Part shown: positions 22,442-32,600 of the stretch, piece by piece
Position numbering within the stretch: the first letter of the stretch is position 1
How the letters are laid out: every line of letters begins with the position of its first letter
From: Alphaproteobacteria bacterium
GTDB lineage: Bacteria; Pseudomonadota; Alphaproteobacteria; UBA8317
Assembly (NCBI GenBank): GCA_038131935.1
Contig: JAYPQH010000035.1
Coordinates: 1 to 51,997, forward strand
Direction of reading: 5' to 3'
DNA length: 51,997 bases
Translations under genes and position numbers: made by a program
Notes under the pieces: model-generated
Database searches by the model: none
Told to the model about the DNA's origin: nothing
The model's input: only the letters and a program-made list of their open reading frames with translations

Positions 22442-22960
22442 TTAATAATTGTCGAGTTTGTCCTCAACGCTATGCCCACGCATAGGCATGAGCATAGAAC
22501 GGGTGAATGTCATGAAAACCTTACCATCTTGGTTTAGCCCTCTTGTAAACATGGTCACAATTCCTTGGTTGGGGCGGGATTGTGATGCTCGCTTGCTGGT
22601 AACCTCAGTGTCTGCATACAAGGTATCGCCCTCAAAAACAGGTGCAAGAAGTTTGATGTCGCTCCAGCCTAAATTGGCAATGGCCTTTTGAGAGGTATCA
22701 GAGACACTCATCCCAGTCACAATCGCTAGGGTAAGTGTTGAGTTTACAAGAGGCTTTCCGAATTCACTGGCAGCAGCGTAATGATGATCAAAATGCAAGG
22801 GGTGGGTATTCATTGTTAACAGCGTGAACCAGCTATTGTCTGCTTGGGTGATTGTACGCCCGGGTCTATGTTCATAGATATGACCGATTTCAAAATCCTC
22901 AAAATACCGGCCTAGGCTCTCACGAAACCTCATGTCGCCGACTTGTTTAGCTCCATACAT
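22442..22960 (-). CDS. MaoC-family (R)-specific enoyl-CoA hydratase/dehydratase
   Basis: Motifs GRYFEDFEIG, RTITQADN...MNTHPLHFD, ANLGW and PVFEGDTL. Confidence 0.9.
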   Translation of the reverse strand: MYGAKQVGDMRFRESLGRYFEDFEIGHIYEHRPGRTITQADNSWFTLLTMNTHPLHFDHHYAAASEFGKPLVNSTLTLAIVTGMSVSDTSQKAIANLGWSDIKLLAPVFEGDTLYADTEVTSKRASQSRPNQGIVTMFTRGLNQDGKVFMTFTRSMLMPMRGHSVEDKLDNY

Positions 22961-22974
22961 GAAGAATATTCCTT

Positions 22975-23643
22975 TCAAACAAATGTGGTAAACTCTTTAG
23001 GATCAAGTCGCTCGGGCTGGAAGTTGTTTACCTCTGCATCGGCTAAAGGGTAGCCAAGGGACATGCCGCATACAAAAATTTGATCATCAGGAATACCCAA
23101 AATAGGTTTGACGCTATCATGGTAATTGCAAAAAGCTGCCTGAGGACATGTGGCCAAACCTGACCCTATTGCTGCAAGCATAAGGGTTTGCAGGAACATC
23201 CCAAAATCAAGCCAACTTCCTATTTCCATGTCTTGATCAATAGAAAAAAATAAGCCCACGGGTGCATCAAAAAATTTATAGTTGCGTGCATGTTGCTCAT
23301 GCATGGCTTGTTTGTTTTCTCTTGTTATGTTGAGCAAATTATAGAGCCCCCAGCCTGTTGCACGCCTGCGCTCAATATAGGGGCTCCGCCAAGTGACAGG
23401 ATAATAATTATAAGGTCTCTGTCCAGCATCACCAGCGTTATGTCGGGCCAAACAAACATCTGTGATAGCCTTGAGCGTGTCATCTTCGGCCACCCATACC
23501 CTCCAGGGTTGAATATTCGACCCAGATGGCGCCCGCCCTGCGAGACGTAAAAGATGATAAATGGTTTCCCGAGGAACGGGACGCTGCGGATCGAACGCCC
23601 TTATGGAACGTCGTTGAGTGATTGCTTCATCAATTGACACCAT
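22975..23643 (-). CDS. Nitroreductase family protein
   Basis: Motifs RRSIRAF, APSGSNIQPW, FFDAPVG, GLATCPQ and CGMSLGY. Confidence 0.92.
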   Translation of the reverse strand: MVSIDEAITQRRSIRAFDPQRPVPRETIYHLLRLAGRAPSGSNIQPWRVWVAEDDTLKAITDVCLARHNAGDAGQRPYNYYPVTWRSPYIERRRATGWGLYNLLNITRENKQAMHEQHARNYKFFDAPVGLFFSIDQDMEIGSWLDFGMFLQTLMLAAIGSGLATCPQAAFCNYHDSVKPILGIPDDQIFVCGMSLGYPLADAEVNNFQPERLDPKEFTTFV

Positions 23644-23668
23644 CTGCTTTTGAAAACTCCATCCTAAT

Positions 23669-24802
23669 TTAATTTTTTGGGTCTTTGCTCTGTTGCCATA
23701 GCCCTTCATCACTGTTGAGCGGGGCTAATGCAGGTGGGCAAAGGTTTGGCTGTGATGGTTCGCAACGAAACCGAGCAACAGGCATGACCTGAACATAACC
23801 TGTTTCATCCTCTTGCACCGCATGCAGAGCCCGAAGGTTGGCATCATTGAGCGCTTCCCCAATATTATTAATGGGCGCGATACTGATATCCAACTTCTCA
23901 AAGCGTTTCAGCCAATAGTCACGAGGTTTTTTTGAAAATTTTTCACGCAGTAAGCAGATGAGCTCTTGTTGATGGGGACCTGGTCCTTTTGTGCAGGCAT
24001 CATAATGCTCCATCAAGTCCATGTCGTGAAGTAAGTTTCTTGCAAATTTCAATTCCTGAGCACCGAGCACAAACCATTTGTCATCAGCTGAGCAATAGAT
24101 ATTGTAAAGAGCCGCTCCACCGGTCGTTCGTGCATGTTTCCAGTCAGGATCAGGCTCTCCGACTTGTGCCCATCCCGATACATTGGGCAGGGCAGCCATG
24201 ACAGAATGTTGCATGGATATATCTATATAATCACCTTGCCCCGTTTGCTGGCGTCTGATCAGCGCCATGAGGACAGCGCTCAGACCGTTCAAAGATGCCA
24301 ACATATCAGCGACCGCAATGCCCGGCATAACAGGGAAGCCGTCAAAGCCGACGGTGCCTGTTAACCCACCTGCCAACGCCATGGTGGCAAGATCATGAGC
24401 CGGTTTATGCTGATAAGGGCCTTCTTGGCCAAAGGCAGAGAGTGAAACATAGACAACTTGTGGGTTGAAGGCAGAAATATCATCATAAGAGACACCCAAA
24501 CGCGCAGCGACCCCAGGACGAAAGCTTTCTATGATGACATCAGCTTGTTGGGCTTTTTGAAGGAATATTGCTTTTCCATCATCAGATTTTAAATCAAGCT
24601 GGAGAGATTTTTTACCTCTGTTTACATTGCGATGGAGTGAAGGACCCTCGGTGGTCTCAACACCAATCTCACGACCAGGATCCCCTTGAGGTGGTTCAAC
24701 CTTGATAACATCTGCACCATGATCTGCCATGATCATCCCTAGGTATGGTCCTGGTAAAAACATAGAGAGATCAAGAACCTTTATTCCATGTAATTTTGTC
24801 AT
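23669..24802 (-). CDS. CaiB/BaiF family (class III) CoA-transferase
   Basis: Motifs LPGPY...ADHGADVIKVEPP, NRGKKS, ESFRPG and PAHDL (catalytic Asp). Confidence 0.93.
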   Translation of the reverse strand: MTKLHGIKVLDLSMFLPGPYLGMIMADHGADVIKVEPPQGDPGREIGVETTEGPSLHRNVNRGKKSLQLDLKSDDGKAIFLQKAQQADVIIESFRPGVAARLGVSYDDISAFNPQVVYVSLSAFGQEGPYQHKPAHDLATMALAGGLTGTVGFDGFPVMPGIAVADMLASLNGLSAVLMALIRRQQTGQGDYIDISMQHSVMAALPNVSGWAQVGEPDPDWKHARTTGGAALYNIYCSADDKWFVLGAQELKFARNLLHDMDLMEHYDACTKGPGPHQQELICLLREKFSKKPRDYWLKRFEKLDISIAPINNIGEALNDANLRALHAVQEDETGYVQVMPVARFRCEPSQPNLCPPALAPLNSDEGLWQQSKDPKN

Positions 24803-25965
24803 GAATCCCTCAATTTTGCGCGTATAGGACCAAGGATTTCATCATTGTTACCACCCAAAGGCGGGCAAACCTGTAACGATGCCCGCGCTCCATTAATTTT
24901 GATGGGTTGAGCAAGCATTTTTCGCTCTGGACGCTCTGGGTGTGGAACATCCTGCACCATCTTCACCTCTTGGACATGAGGGTTAGCTAGGGCTGTTGGC
25001 ACGTCTAAGATAGGAGCAGCAGGAAGAATTCCAGCGAAGTTATCGATCCATTCGGCTGAAGTTTTCTTTTGGAAATATGTATCGAGGATATCGCTCAACG
25101 CTTCTCGATGTTTCCCCCGCTCAATACCTGTTTTGAATCGTGGATCTTGTGCCAATTCAGGCGCACCAATAATAGCTATCAAGGCATCCCAGAACTTGTC
25201 GGTCATGCACATGACATAAATCCATCCATCTTTGGTGGGAAAGGTTTGTACAGGTGCGATAGATGGGTGCGCACTTCGCGCCATCCGTTGGGGAACAACA
25301 CCACCATTTAGATACCAATGCCCCATGTAGGACAATTGATGGAGTGCCACGTCAAAGAGGCAAACATCCACGTCCGCACCTTTTTGGGTCATTTTGGCGC
25401 GTAGCAGGCTTGCAAGAAGACCAACAGCGCCTGTGGTGCCCGTCAGAAAATCAATCATGGAAGATCCAAATCGTGTGGGGTGATGGTCTGGATCACCTGT
25501 AAGACTCATCAAACCTGCCTCTGCTTGCATCAGATAATCATAGCCAGGCCAATTGCGCCTTTCATTTTCCCGGCCATAAGCAGAAATATGAAGACATACC
25601 AAAGCGGGGTTAACAGCTGAGAGCGTTTTATATTCAAGCCCAAGTTTCTCAGGTTGATCACCACGCAAATTGTTTACCACGGCATCAGCCGTCTTAACCA
25701 ATTCTAACCATTCCTCTCTACCTTGTGGCGACTTGATGTCGAGGGTGATAGATTTTTTGTTTGCACCCCAAGATTGGAAATATTCACTGTCATTTTCTCC
25801 AAGCATGACAGGGCCTACTTTTCTGGATACATCACCACCACGATTAGGGTCCTCAACCTTTATGACTTCAGCTCCAAGGTCTGCAAAAAACATGGTACAA
25901 TAGGGCCCGGCACCAAATTGCTCAAAGGTAAAAACCCGCAAACCTTCTAAAGGACGGTTGTTCAT
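24799..25965 (-). CDS. CaiB/BaiF family (class III) CoA-transferase
   Basis: Motifs AGPYCT...ADLGAEVIKVE, NKKSITLD and PGYDYLMQAEAGLMSLTG. Confidence 0.93.
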   Translation of the reverse strand: MNNRPLEGLRVFTFEQFGAGPYCTMFFADLGAEVIKVEDPNRGGDVSRKVGPVMLGENDSEYFQSWGANKKSITLDIKSPQGREEWLELVKTADAVVNNLRGDQPEKLGLEYKTLSAVNPALVCLHISAYGRENERRNWPGYDYLMQAEAGLMSLTGDPDHHPTRFGSSMIDFLTGTTGAVGLLASLLRAKMTQKGADVDVCLFDVALHQLSYMGHWYLNGGVVPQRMARSAHPSIAPVQTFPTKDGWIYVMCMTDKFWDALIAIIGAPELAQDPRFKTGIERGKHREALSDILDTYFQKKTSAEWIDNFAGILPAAPILDVPTALANPHVQEVKMVQDVPHPERPERKMLAQPIKINGARASLQVCPPLGGNNDEILGPIRAKLRDS

Positions 25966-27119
25966 AGAGGATTCCTCGCAACGAATTGTTTCGCAATAAT
26001 CATGCGCTGAATTTCATTCGTTCCCTCACCTATGCATAACAAAGGTGCATCGCGATACAAACGCTCAATATGATATTCTTTGGAATATCCATAGCCACCA
26101 TGAATACGCATGGATTCGGTAGCATTTTCCAATGCAGCTTCCGAGCAAAAGTACTTGGCCATTCCCGCTTCCATGTCACAGCGCTCTCCACGATCGAATG
26201 CTTGTGCAGCATCTAACACCATCAAACGGGCTGCTCGCGCCCTGGTTGCCATTTCACCAAGCTTTAACTGTATGGCTTGATGTTGATGAATATATTTTCC
26301 GAATGTTTGGCGTGTTTGGGCATAGTCAGTTGCGAGGTTGAGGGCCCCCTCTGCGATTCCTGCACCACGTGCTGCAATATTAATGCGACCAAGCTCTAAT
26401 CCCCCTGTTGCTTGGTAAAAGCCTTGGCCTTCCTCTCCACCTATTAAATTATCTGCGGGAATAAAATAATTATCAAAAACAAGCTCTCCAGAATCTATAG
26501 ATTTGTACCCCAGTTTTTGAAGTTTTCGTCCAACCGTAAAGCCTTCTTGCTTGGGAGCAATGAACAAACTCATACCTTTATGGCGAGGGTCAGCTTCTGG
26601 ATTTGTTTTCACCAGCAATGCAAAGCAGTGGCCCTCCACACCATTGGAAATCCAGGTTTTGGTTCCATTGATCACGTAACCATTGCCTTGGGCTCTCGCT
26701 GTCATTCGGATACCTTGAAGGTCTGTACCTGCATCTGGCTCTGTTAGTGCCAGTCCACCGCGTATCTCACCGGTCGCAAGCTTTGGAAGCCACTCCTCTT
26801 TTTGTCCCTTGGTGCCGTAACGCTCAATGGCCAAAGCGAGCATGAGGTGGGAGTTAAATATACCTGCCAAAGCCATCCATTCTTGAGAAATACGCATGAT
26901 TATCTGAGCATATGTGGTCGCTGATAGCCCCAAACCACCATATTCCTCAGAAATCATGGCGCCAAAAAGCCCCAATTCTTTCATTTGCTCAACTATTGCA
27001 GCTGGCCATTTGTCTTCATGATCATGTTCCATGATAACGGGGCGCACATCCTTTATCATCCATCTATCGATGGTTTCTAAAATCTGCGTTTCAAAATCAG
27101 GGTCTACATTGATCGTCAT
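25962..27119 (-). CDS. Acyl-CoA dehydrogenase
   Basis: Motifs LTEPDAGTD, INGTKTWISNG, RQTFGK, HGGYGY and IGEGTNEIQR. Confidence 0.95.
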   Translation of the reverse strand: MTINVDPDFETQILETIDRWMIKDVRPVIMEHDHEDKWPAAIVEQMKELGLFGAMISEEYGGLGLSATTYAQIIMRISQEWMALAGIFNSHLMLALAIERYGTKGQKEEWLPKLATGEIRGGLALTEPDAGTDLQGIRMTARAQGNGYVINGTKTWISNGVEGHCFALLVKTNPEADPRHKGMSLFIAPKQEGFTVGRKLQKLGYKSIDSGELVFDNYFIPADNLIGGEEGQGFYQATGGLELGRINIAARGAGIAEGALNLATDYAQTRQTFGKYIHQHQAIQLKLGEMATRARAARLMVLDAAQAFDRGERCDMEAGMAKYFCSEAALENATESMRIHGGYGYSKEYHIERLYRDAPLLCIGEGTNEIQRMIIAKQFVARNPL

Positions 27120-27440
27120 CACACACTCCCGGAGGCTTTAATGGTTTTCGTTTTGGCGGTGATGGCAAAGGTGACACCACTGACAAACATTTAAGAAGAA
27201 GATCTGTAGGCTATAAAGCAAATGGCCTTACGTCAATTTGCACGTAAAATATTCTTTCATGCCATTTGTCGCAAATACTGTATGAACTTTGCAGTAATGC
27301 ATATGGAGCGTTTCTTGTTGGTCCTGTTAAGGAATAGGCATGAACAAAAATAGTTTTTTTATGAGCAATAAATAAGGTCTGAGGAAGCTAAAGTTTTTTC
27401 TGTAGAAAATGTTGTTTTATCATATTGTAGAGAGGGATGT

Positions 27441-28325
27441 ATGTTCCATTCCATATTTTTGCTTCTGTTGTTGCCAATGGCGGCGTTTTGCCAAGACATA
27501 GTAGGGGTAAGACCGACCTTTACCGACCGTAATCTCACCATGCCACCCAATCATGAGAGCATTGTCTCACGCATGTGGATGCCTGGCGTAGACCAAGGTT
27601 ATATTCCACAAGGTGTCACCGTGGCTGAGGGAAACGTTATTGTGGCGTCTTACAATTCTGAAGGTGTTACGCCCAAATGCCGGATCTATCGCATGGAACC
27701 GGAGACCATGACCATCACGGGATATTTCGATCTTGGTCATTATTGTGGTCACGCAGGTGGGTTGGCTTATGCAGGTTTGGGTCGACTATTCATCTCAGAT
27801 ACTTGGCGGCTTTATGAAATTGATCTTACAAAGGCTTTCTCACAAACGCAGTCTGAAGAAATGCTTGTGCGTTCATATTCTCTCAAGTTTCCGCTTCGGG
27901 GTTCATTTTTGGCCTATCATGATGGCGAGCTATGGGTTGGTGCATACAAAAAATCTGGCCCTGGCGCCGTGCATGCGCTTCCCCTTCAAATACTTGAAAC
28001 CAAGGACTTACCCAGCGGCTTAGGGCTTGAGCATGTCCGTATGACCTTGGATATTGCAGCCAAATCGCAAGGGGCAACATTTGATCATGAGGGCTATTTG
28101 TGGCTCAGCCAATCAAACAGCCAATTTGGGCGCATACAGAAAGTTAACCCAAGAAATGGTCATGTTTTGGCTGAATATCCTGTTGTTGCAGGTATCGAGG
28201 ATTTGGGTTTTGATCATCGTGGTTTGTTGTGGTCGGCAGGTGAGGCTGGAACAAGAAAATGGCACAATTGGCCAACATTTTTTCCTTTAATTTTCGCTAT
28301 AGACCCTAAAATCTTAAAGCCATGA
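27441..28325 (+). CDS. Exported hypothetical protein, probable beta-propeller
   Basis: N-terminal signal-peptide-like MFHSIFLLLLLPMAAFC. Repeated blade-like motifs PQGVTV, HAGGLAY, SQGATFD and IEDLGFD. RBS GAGGG. Confidence 0.7.
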   Translation: MFHSIFLLLLLPMAAFCQDIVGVRPTFTDRNLTMPPNHESIVSRMWMPGVDQGYIPQGVTVAEGNVIVASYNSEGVTPKCRIYRMEPETMTITGYFDLGHYCGHAGGLAYAGLGRLFISDTWRLYEIDLTKAFSQTQSEEMLVRSYSLKFPLRGSFLAYHDGELWVGAYKKSGPGAVHALPLQILETKDLPSGLGLEHVRMTLDIAAKSQGATFDHEGYLWLSQSNSQFGRIQKVNPRNGHVLAEYPVVAGIEDLGFDHRGLLWSAGEAGTRKWHNWPTFFPLIFAIDPKILKP

Positions 28326-28388
28326 ATATATCACGTCGAATATTTTATTTTGTATCATCTCATATGCATTGAATAAGGTTGGTGTCTT

Positions 28389-29585
28389 ATGGATTTGTTT
28401 TCATTGCTTTATGCAACATCCTTCGCGTTAAGCCTTCTTTCGTGGAGTGCTTATATGTCAAGTTATTCCATCGATCTCATGGACATCACAGTTCCTCCAA
28501 GTTTTGAGCAATCGGGTTATACAAGCACAATGTTAAATGATTTCGTGCTCGACGAAATTCAGCATATCTACCGCTCCGCGCAGCTTGATAGAGAGACGTT
28601 AGAAGAGCAAAGTTTACTTCAAGCTAAGGCCGAAGATGTTCTGTCAACCTCAGGTCTGAAAAGTGTATTTGAGTTGGGTGCCTTGGCCATGGGTGTGAAC
28701 CCTATACAAGTTAAGATCAGTTTGATTGATGAAAGTAAGGAGCGCATGAAGGTTGTGGTGCGGCTTCATGATGGCGGACGTAAGAAAATGGTTGTGCGGT
28801 TTGTCGAGAACCCTAAACCTGCAGATGTTGTGCGTATAGCAGCTTATGAAACAATCAATTTGGTGAGTCCAACAACGATATTATGGTACCATTTTGTGGA
28901 GGAATTGTATGCTCTTCCCCCAAAGCCATCAGGTGACCATTTTGTGCAAACGCTCAAGATTATTGAAGAAGGCCTTAAAGATTGTGAACGGCGTTTTCCT
29001 GACATAAGTGAGCGCTGTAGCCCTGATATGGTGGCACAATTTGAGATGGCTCATGTCAATGTGCTCGGTATTGTGGGGCGCACAGAGGAAGCATTACAGA
29101 CATTAAATGCGTTTATTGAAGATCATCGCTTCAAAGAGGCATCATCCGACGTTCGGTCTATGTCATTTGCGATAAAGGCCTTCGTTCTCATGCATGCTCA
29201 ACATTTGGAAGAAGCTCAAGAATCCCTATCACAAGCAACCCAAATATCACCAAATATTGGAAAAACATTTGCTGAGTTTGGATCAGGACATTTTGACAGA
29301 GGAGGCTTTGAACATGCCAACCAGCGTTTTGGTATGGCCATGAAATTGCATTATAGTGATAAGAAAATGTTGCAACAATATGCTTATGCGTTGAAGCAAA
29401 TTGAAGGTCAAACCTACACCGATCGCATGTTAGAAACATGGTATGATCTGGGGTTCACCAACAAAAATCATGTTCGTGATGCTGCCTGTTACGTAAAAAG
29501 TAGATTATGCCACCAAAACTTGACGTCTCAACTGTCTTGGTGGGACGTATGGTATTGGATGCCTGTATATGGTGATGGACATTAA
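28389..29585 (+). CDS. Membrane-anchored TPR-like hypothetical protein
   Basis: Hydrophobic N-terminus and helical TPR-like segments (GRTEEALQTL, HLEEAQESLSQATQISP, GGFEHANQRFGMAMKL). Confidence 0.6.
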   Translation: MDLFSLLYATSFALSLLSWSAYMSSYSIDLMDITVPPSFEQSGYTSTMLNDFVLDEIQHIYRSAQLDRETLEEQSLLQAKAEDVLSTSGLKSVFELGALAMGVNPIQVKISLIDESKERMKVVVRLHDGGRKKMVVRFVENPKPADVVRIAAYETINLVSPTTILWYHFVEELYALPPKPSGDHFVQTLKIIEEGLKDCERRFPDISERCSPDMVAQFEMAHVNVLGIVGRTEEALQTLNAFIEDHRFKEASSDVRSMSFAIKAFVLMHAQHLEEAQESLSQATQISPNIGKTFAEFGSGHFDRGGFEHANQRFGMAMKLHYSDKKMLQQYAYALKQIEGQTYTDRMLETWYDLGFTNKNHVRDAACYVKSRLCHQNLTSQLSWWDVWYWMPVYGDGH

Positions 29586-29601
29586 CAAAAATTCCCGAAA
29601 C

Positions 29602-29634
29602 GTCCTGATGATGTCCTGGTTAGATTGTCAGGAC
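29602..29634. terminator. Hairpin between convergent genes, possible bidirectional terminator
   Basis: GTCCTGATGAT-N11-ATTGTCAGGAC, an 11-bp stem with two G-U pairs. Confidence 0.5.
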
Positions 29635-29659
29635 AGATAGAACGCTCACTGCTTTTATT

Positions 29660-32600
29660 TTAGGCAATTTCTGGAAGCCATGACCCATCTACGTCGCCTA
29701 AGATCACCAGCTCTAAGCTTATATCATCAATCAAAAAGAATTCATCTTTATAGCCGTCCTCAGTTTTTGCCAGCACATGGCTTTCGATGTTGCTGTCGAT
29801 ACCTACGGCCTTTTTGAGTATCGATATCACATCACTCACACCAATATTTTGGTCTTGGTCGACATCTGCTGCGATTTGAGCCCAAGCATCTAGTTCCGTG
29901 ATCCCCACGGCATGCTTGAGGGTCGCAATCACATCACTCACAGAAATGGCTTTGCTGGCATTGATATCACTGTCTAATGTAACAGAGGTTTTGCTACCCT
30001 TGCTTAGCGCGGAAAAATCCAATGCTGAGGAGGTAGACGTTATGTTTGTAGATTCTATGCTGGCTTCATAAAATATGGATGGTTTCTCGCCTGTAATATC
30101 GATCGCCGCTAATGATTGGGTATCAAGTGAACCACCAAATTCACTATGGCCCCAAGTGACCACATTTTTGCCAGGCTCTATATATTCAACCTTGAAGTTA
30201 AAATCTGCGACAGCCTCTTGGGAGCCAGCGTAGGAGATTGGTGCATGGCCTTCCCATTTTTCGGGACTTACCAAAGCTGCAAATGCTGCGTCTGAAGCAA
30301 AATATCTTCTACATCAGTGGTTTCAGACATCACTGATATGATATCCGTATTGTAGTCATCCCCAAAATCACCCCAAGTGATGAGCTTGGCATCACTCATC
30401 AAAAGGGCAAAGCCACGGTCTGTTGCCATGGCATCTACAATGGTCGCGTCACTACCCTTCAAAAGTCCTTTTACCGATAGTGAGTCTGCTCCAAAGCCAT
30501 CAACACCCCAGCTTGTGAGCATTCCATCCTCATGAATGGCAACAAACGCCCCACGGTTTGCAACAATATCAACCACCTTGTTTGACCCATCAAGTCTATC
30601 GGCGAGATGCTGGCTCTCACCACCGAATACAGGGTCCCCCCATGTGAGAACTGAACCATCTTCGCAAAGGGCTGCAAACGCACCTGAGGTGCTGAAAATT
30701 TCTGTTATTGTAGAGGTGGATAATTTATGGGCAATTGCGCTCGAATCCCCGCCTTTTTGGGCATTGCCCCATGTCAAGATTTCACCATTTTCATACAACG
30801 CTGCAAACGCTGATTCTGTTGCAGAAATCGCAATAACTGTCGCATCTGTAGCTTGCAGTGCGTCGGCAACTGAACTTGCGTCCCCTCCATTTTCTGCATT
30901 ACCCCAAGTGGCTATCGTTCCATCTTCAAAAAGTGCGGCGAAGGCCAATGTGGTTGCAAAAATATCTACTGCAGCGACATCCATTTGCTGAAGATTGCTA
31001 TCAAATACGCCACCATCTGTGCTGCTTCCCCAGGCTCTTATCACCCCATCCGTGTCAATTGCTGCAAAAGCGGATGTGTTGGAGGTGATTTTTTCGATCA
31101 CAATGTCGTCCAAATGAGGGTTAGAACCTCCGCGTTCTGGGTCTCCCCATGTGATCACTGTTCCGTTCTCAAGCAAGGCTGCAAATGCAAATTTGCTTGA
31201 TGCAATATCAACAACGGCTATGGAGCCGTCTAAGTTATTTGCAGCGTCACCTAAAAAACCGCCTAAATTGGGGTCTCCCCAAGCCACCACAGACCCATCA
31301 GCCAAAATGGCTGCGAACGCTTGGTTGTTCGAAACAATTTTTTGCACATCTTTGAGTGCTTCTTTTACGTCACTGACATCGCCACCAGCAGTCTTATTTC
31401 CCCAAGCCACCACTGAGCCATCTGTGGTGATGGCTGCGAACGCTGATGCGTTACGATATGTAGAGAAGTCATGGCCAGGATAAGCATGGGATAACTCATT
31501 GTTGGTAGGTAAGCTTTGCTGCAATTTTGACGTATTTGTTGGCCCGGAGGTGCTCATTTCTTGTCCCGACGCACCCTCAACCATAAGCAGATTGTTTAAA
31601 GACGGTGATTGTATCCGTGCTTGAGGGCTATTGGGTGCCTCAGCGATGTAGGCATATGACTCATCGATCATCTGGCTACCTAACAATGCATCATAAAAGC
31701 TATTGTAAATGGCAAACCAAAAATATTCTTCTGGATCGCTAAACCAGTCATCAATAATGGGAATGGAAATGGTTTTCTCAATATCGCCAATATCGAAGGT
31801 CACAGATTGGGGAACGCCTGCCCATTCCACATCAAAAAGGCCAGCGCTTCCAAAATCTATATTGTACCAAATGGTTTCGGACGTGGTTGAAGCACTTCTT
31901 TGAATGATAAATTCAGCATGGTCGCCCTCATAGGCATAAAAATTTGCTTCAGGGCCTGAAACAGAGAATTGCCCCGTTTCATTGGTATTCTTTTGATCAA
32001 GAATTGTGATCGTTGCGTAAGATGTATAATCAATGCCTTCAATTGCAGAGGCTTCCGTTTCATAAAGGTCGATAAAGAAGTATTCATCTGACTCGGTAAG
32101 GTCATCATTCCATACAGCCACGGAAAGTTGGATCTCTGTCTCACCATCTTGGAAGTTCAAAGCTGTGGGACTTAGGGCTTCATAATCTTCATCTTCCGTA
32201 GCGGTTGTGCTCGATGTCCGGGCAAAGATCGTTGACGCACCGGAGGATGAATTTCTGGTAATCGTCACAATGGCATCATCACCCTCGGTGACAGTAATCT
32301 CATCTGTAATCACATAGCTATAGCTGGTTGGCTCATAGGTATCGATATTGTCTTGGACAATTTCAATGGTTGCGTAATCAAACCAAGTACCTGTCTGTGC
32401 GTCAGCCTTGGTTTGGTAAAGATCAAGCCAAAATATTTCACCATCGTCGTCTATGCCATCTTGTAAAATGTCAATAGATGCGGTTGCAATCGCAGAACCA
32501 TCTTGGAAGCTAATCGCTTGCTGGGACAAGGCCACAAAATCTTCATCACCTGTATCCAGATGTGAGGTGGATACATATATCGTAGACTCTCCTTCGGTTG

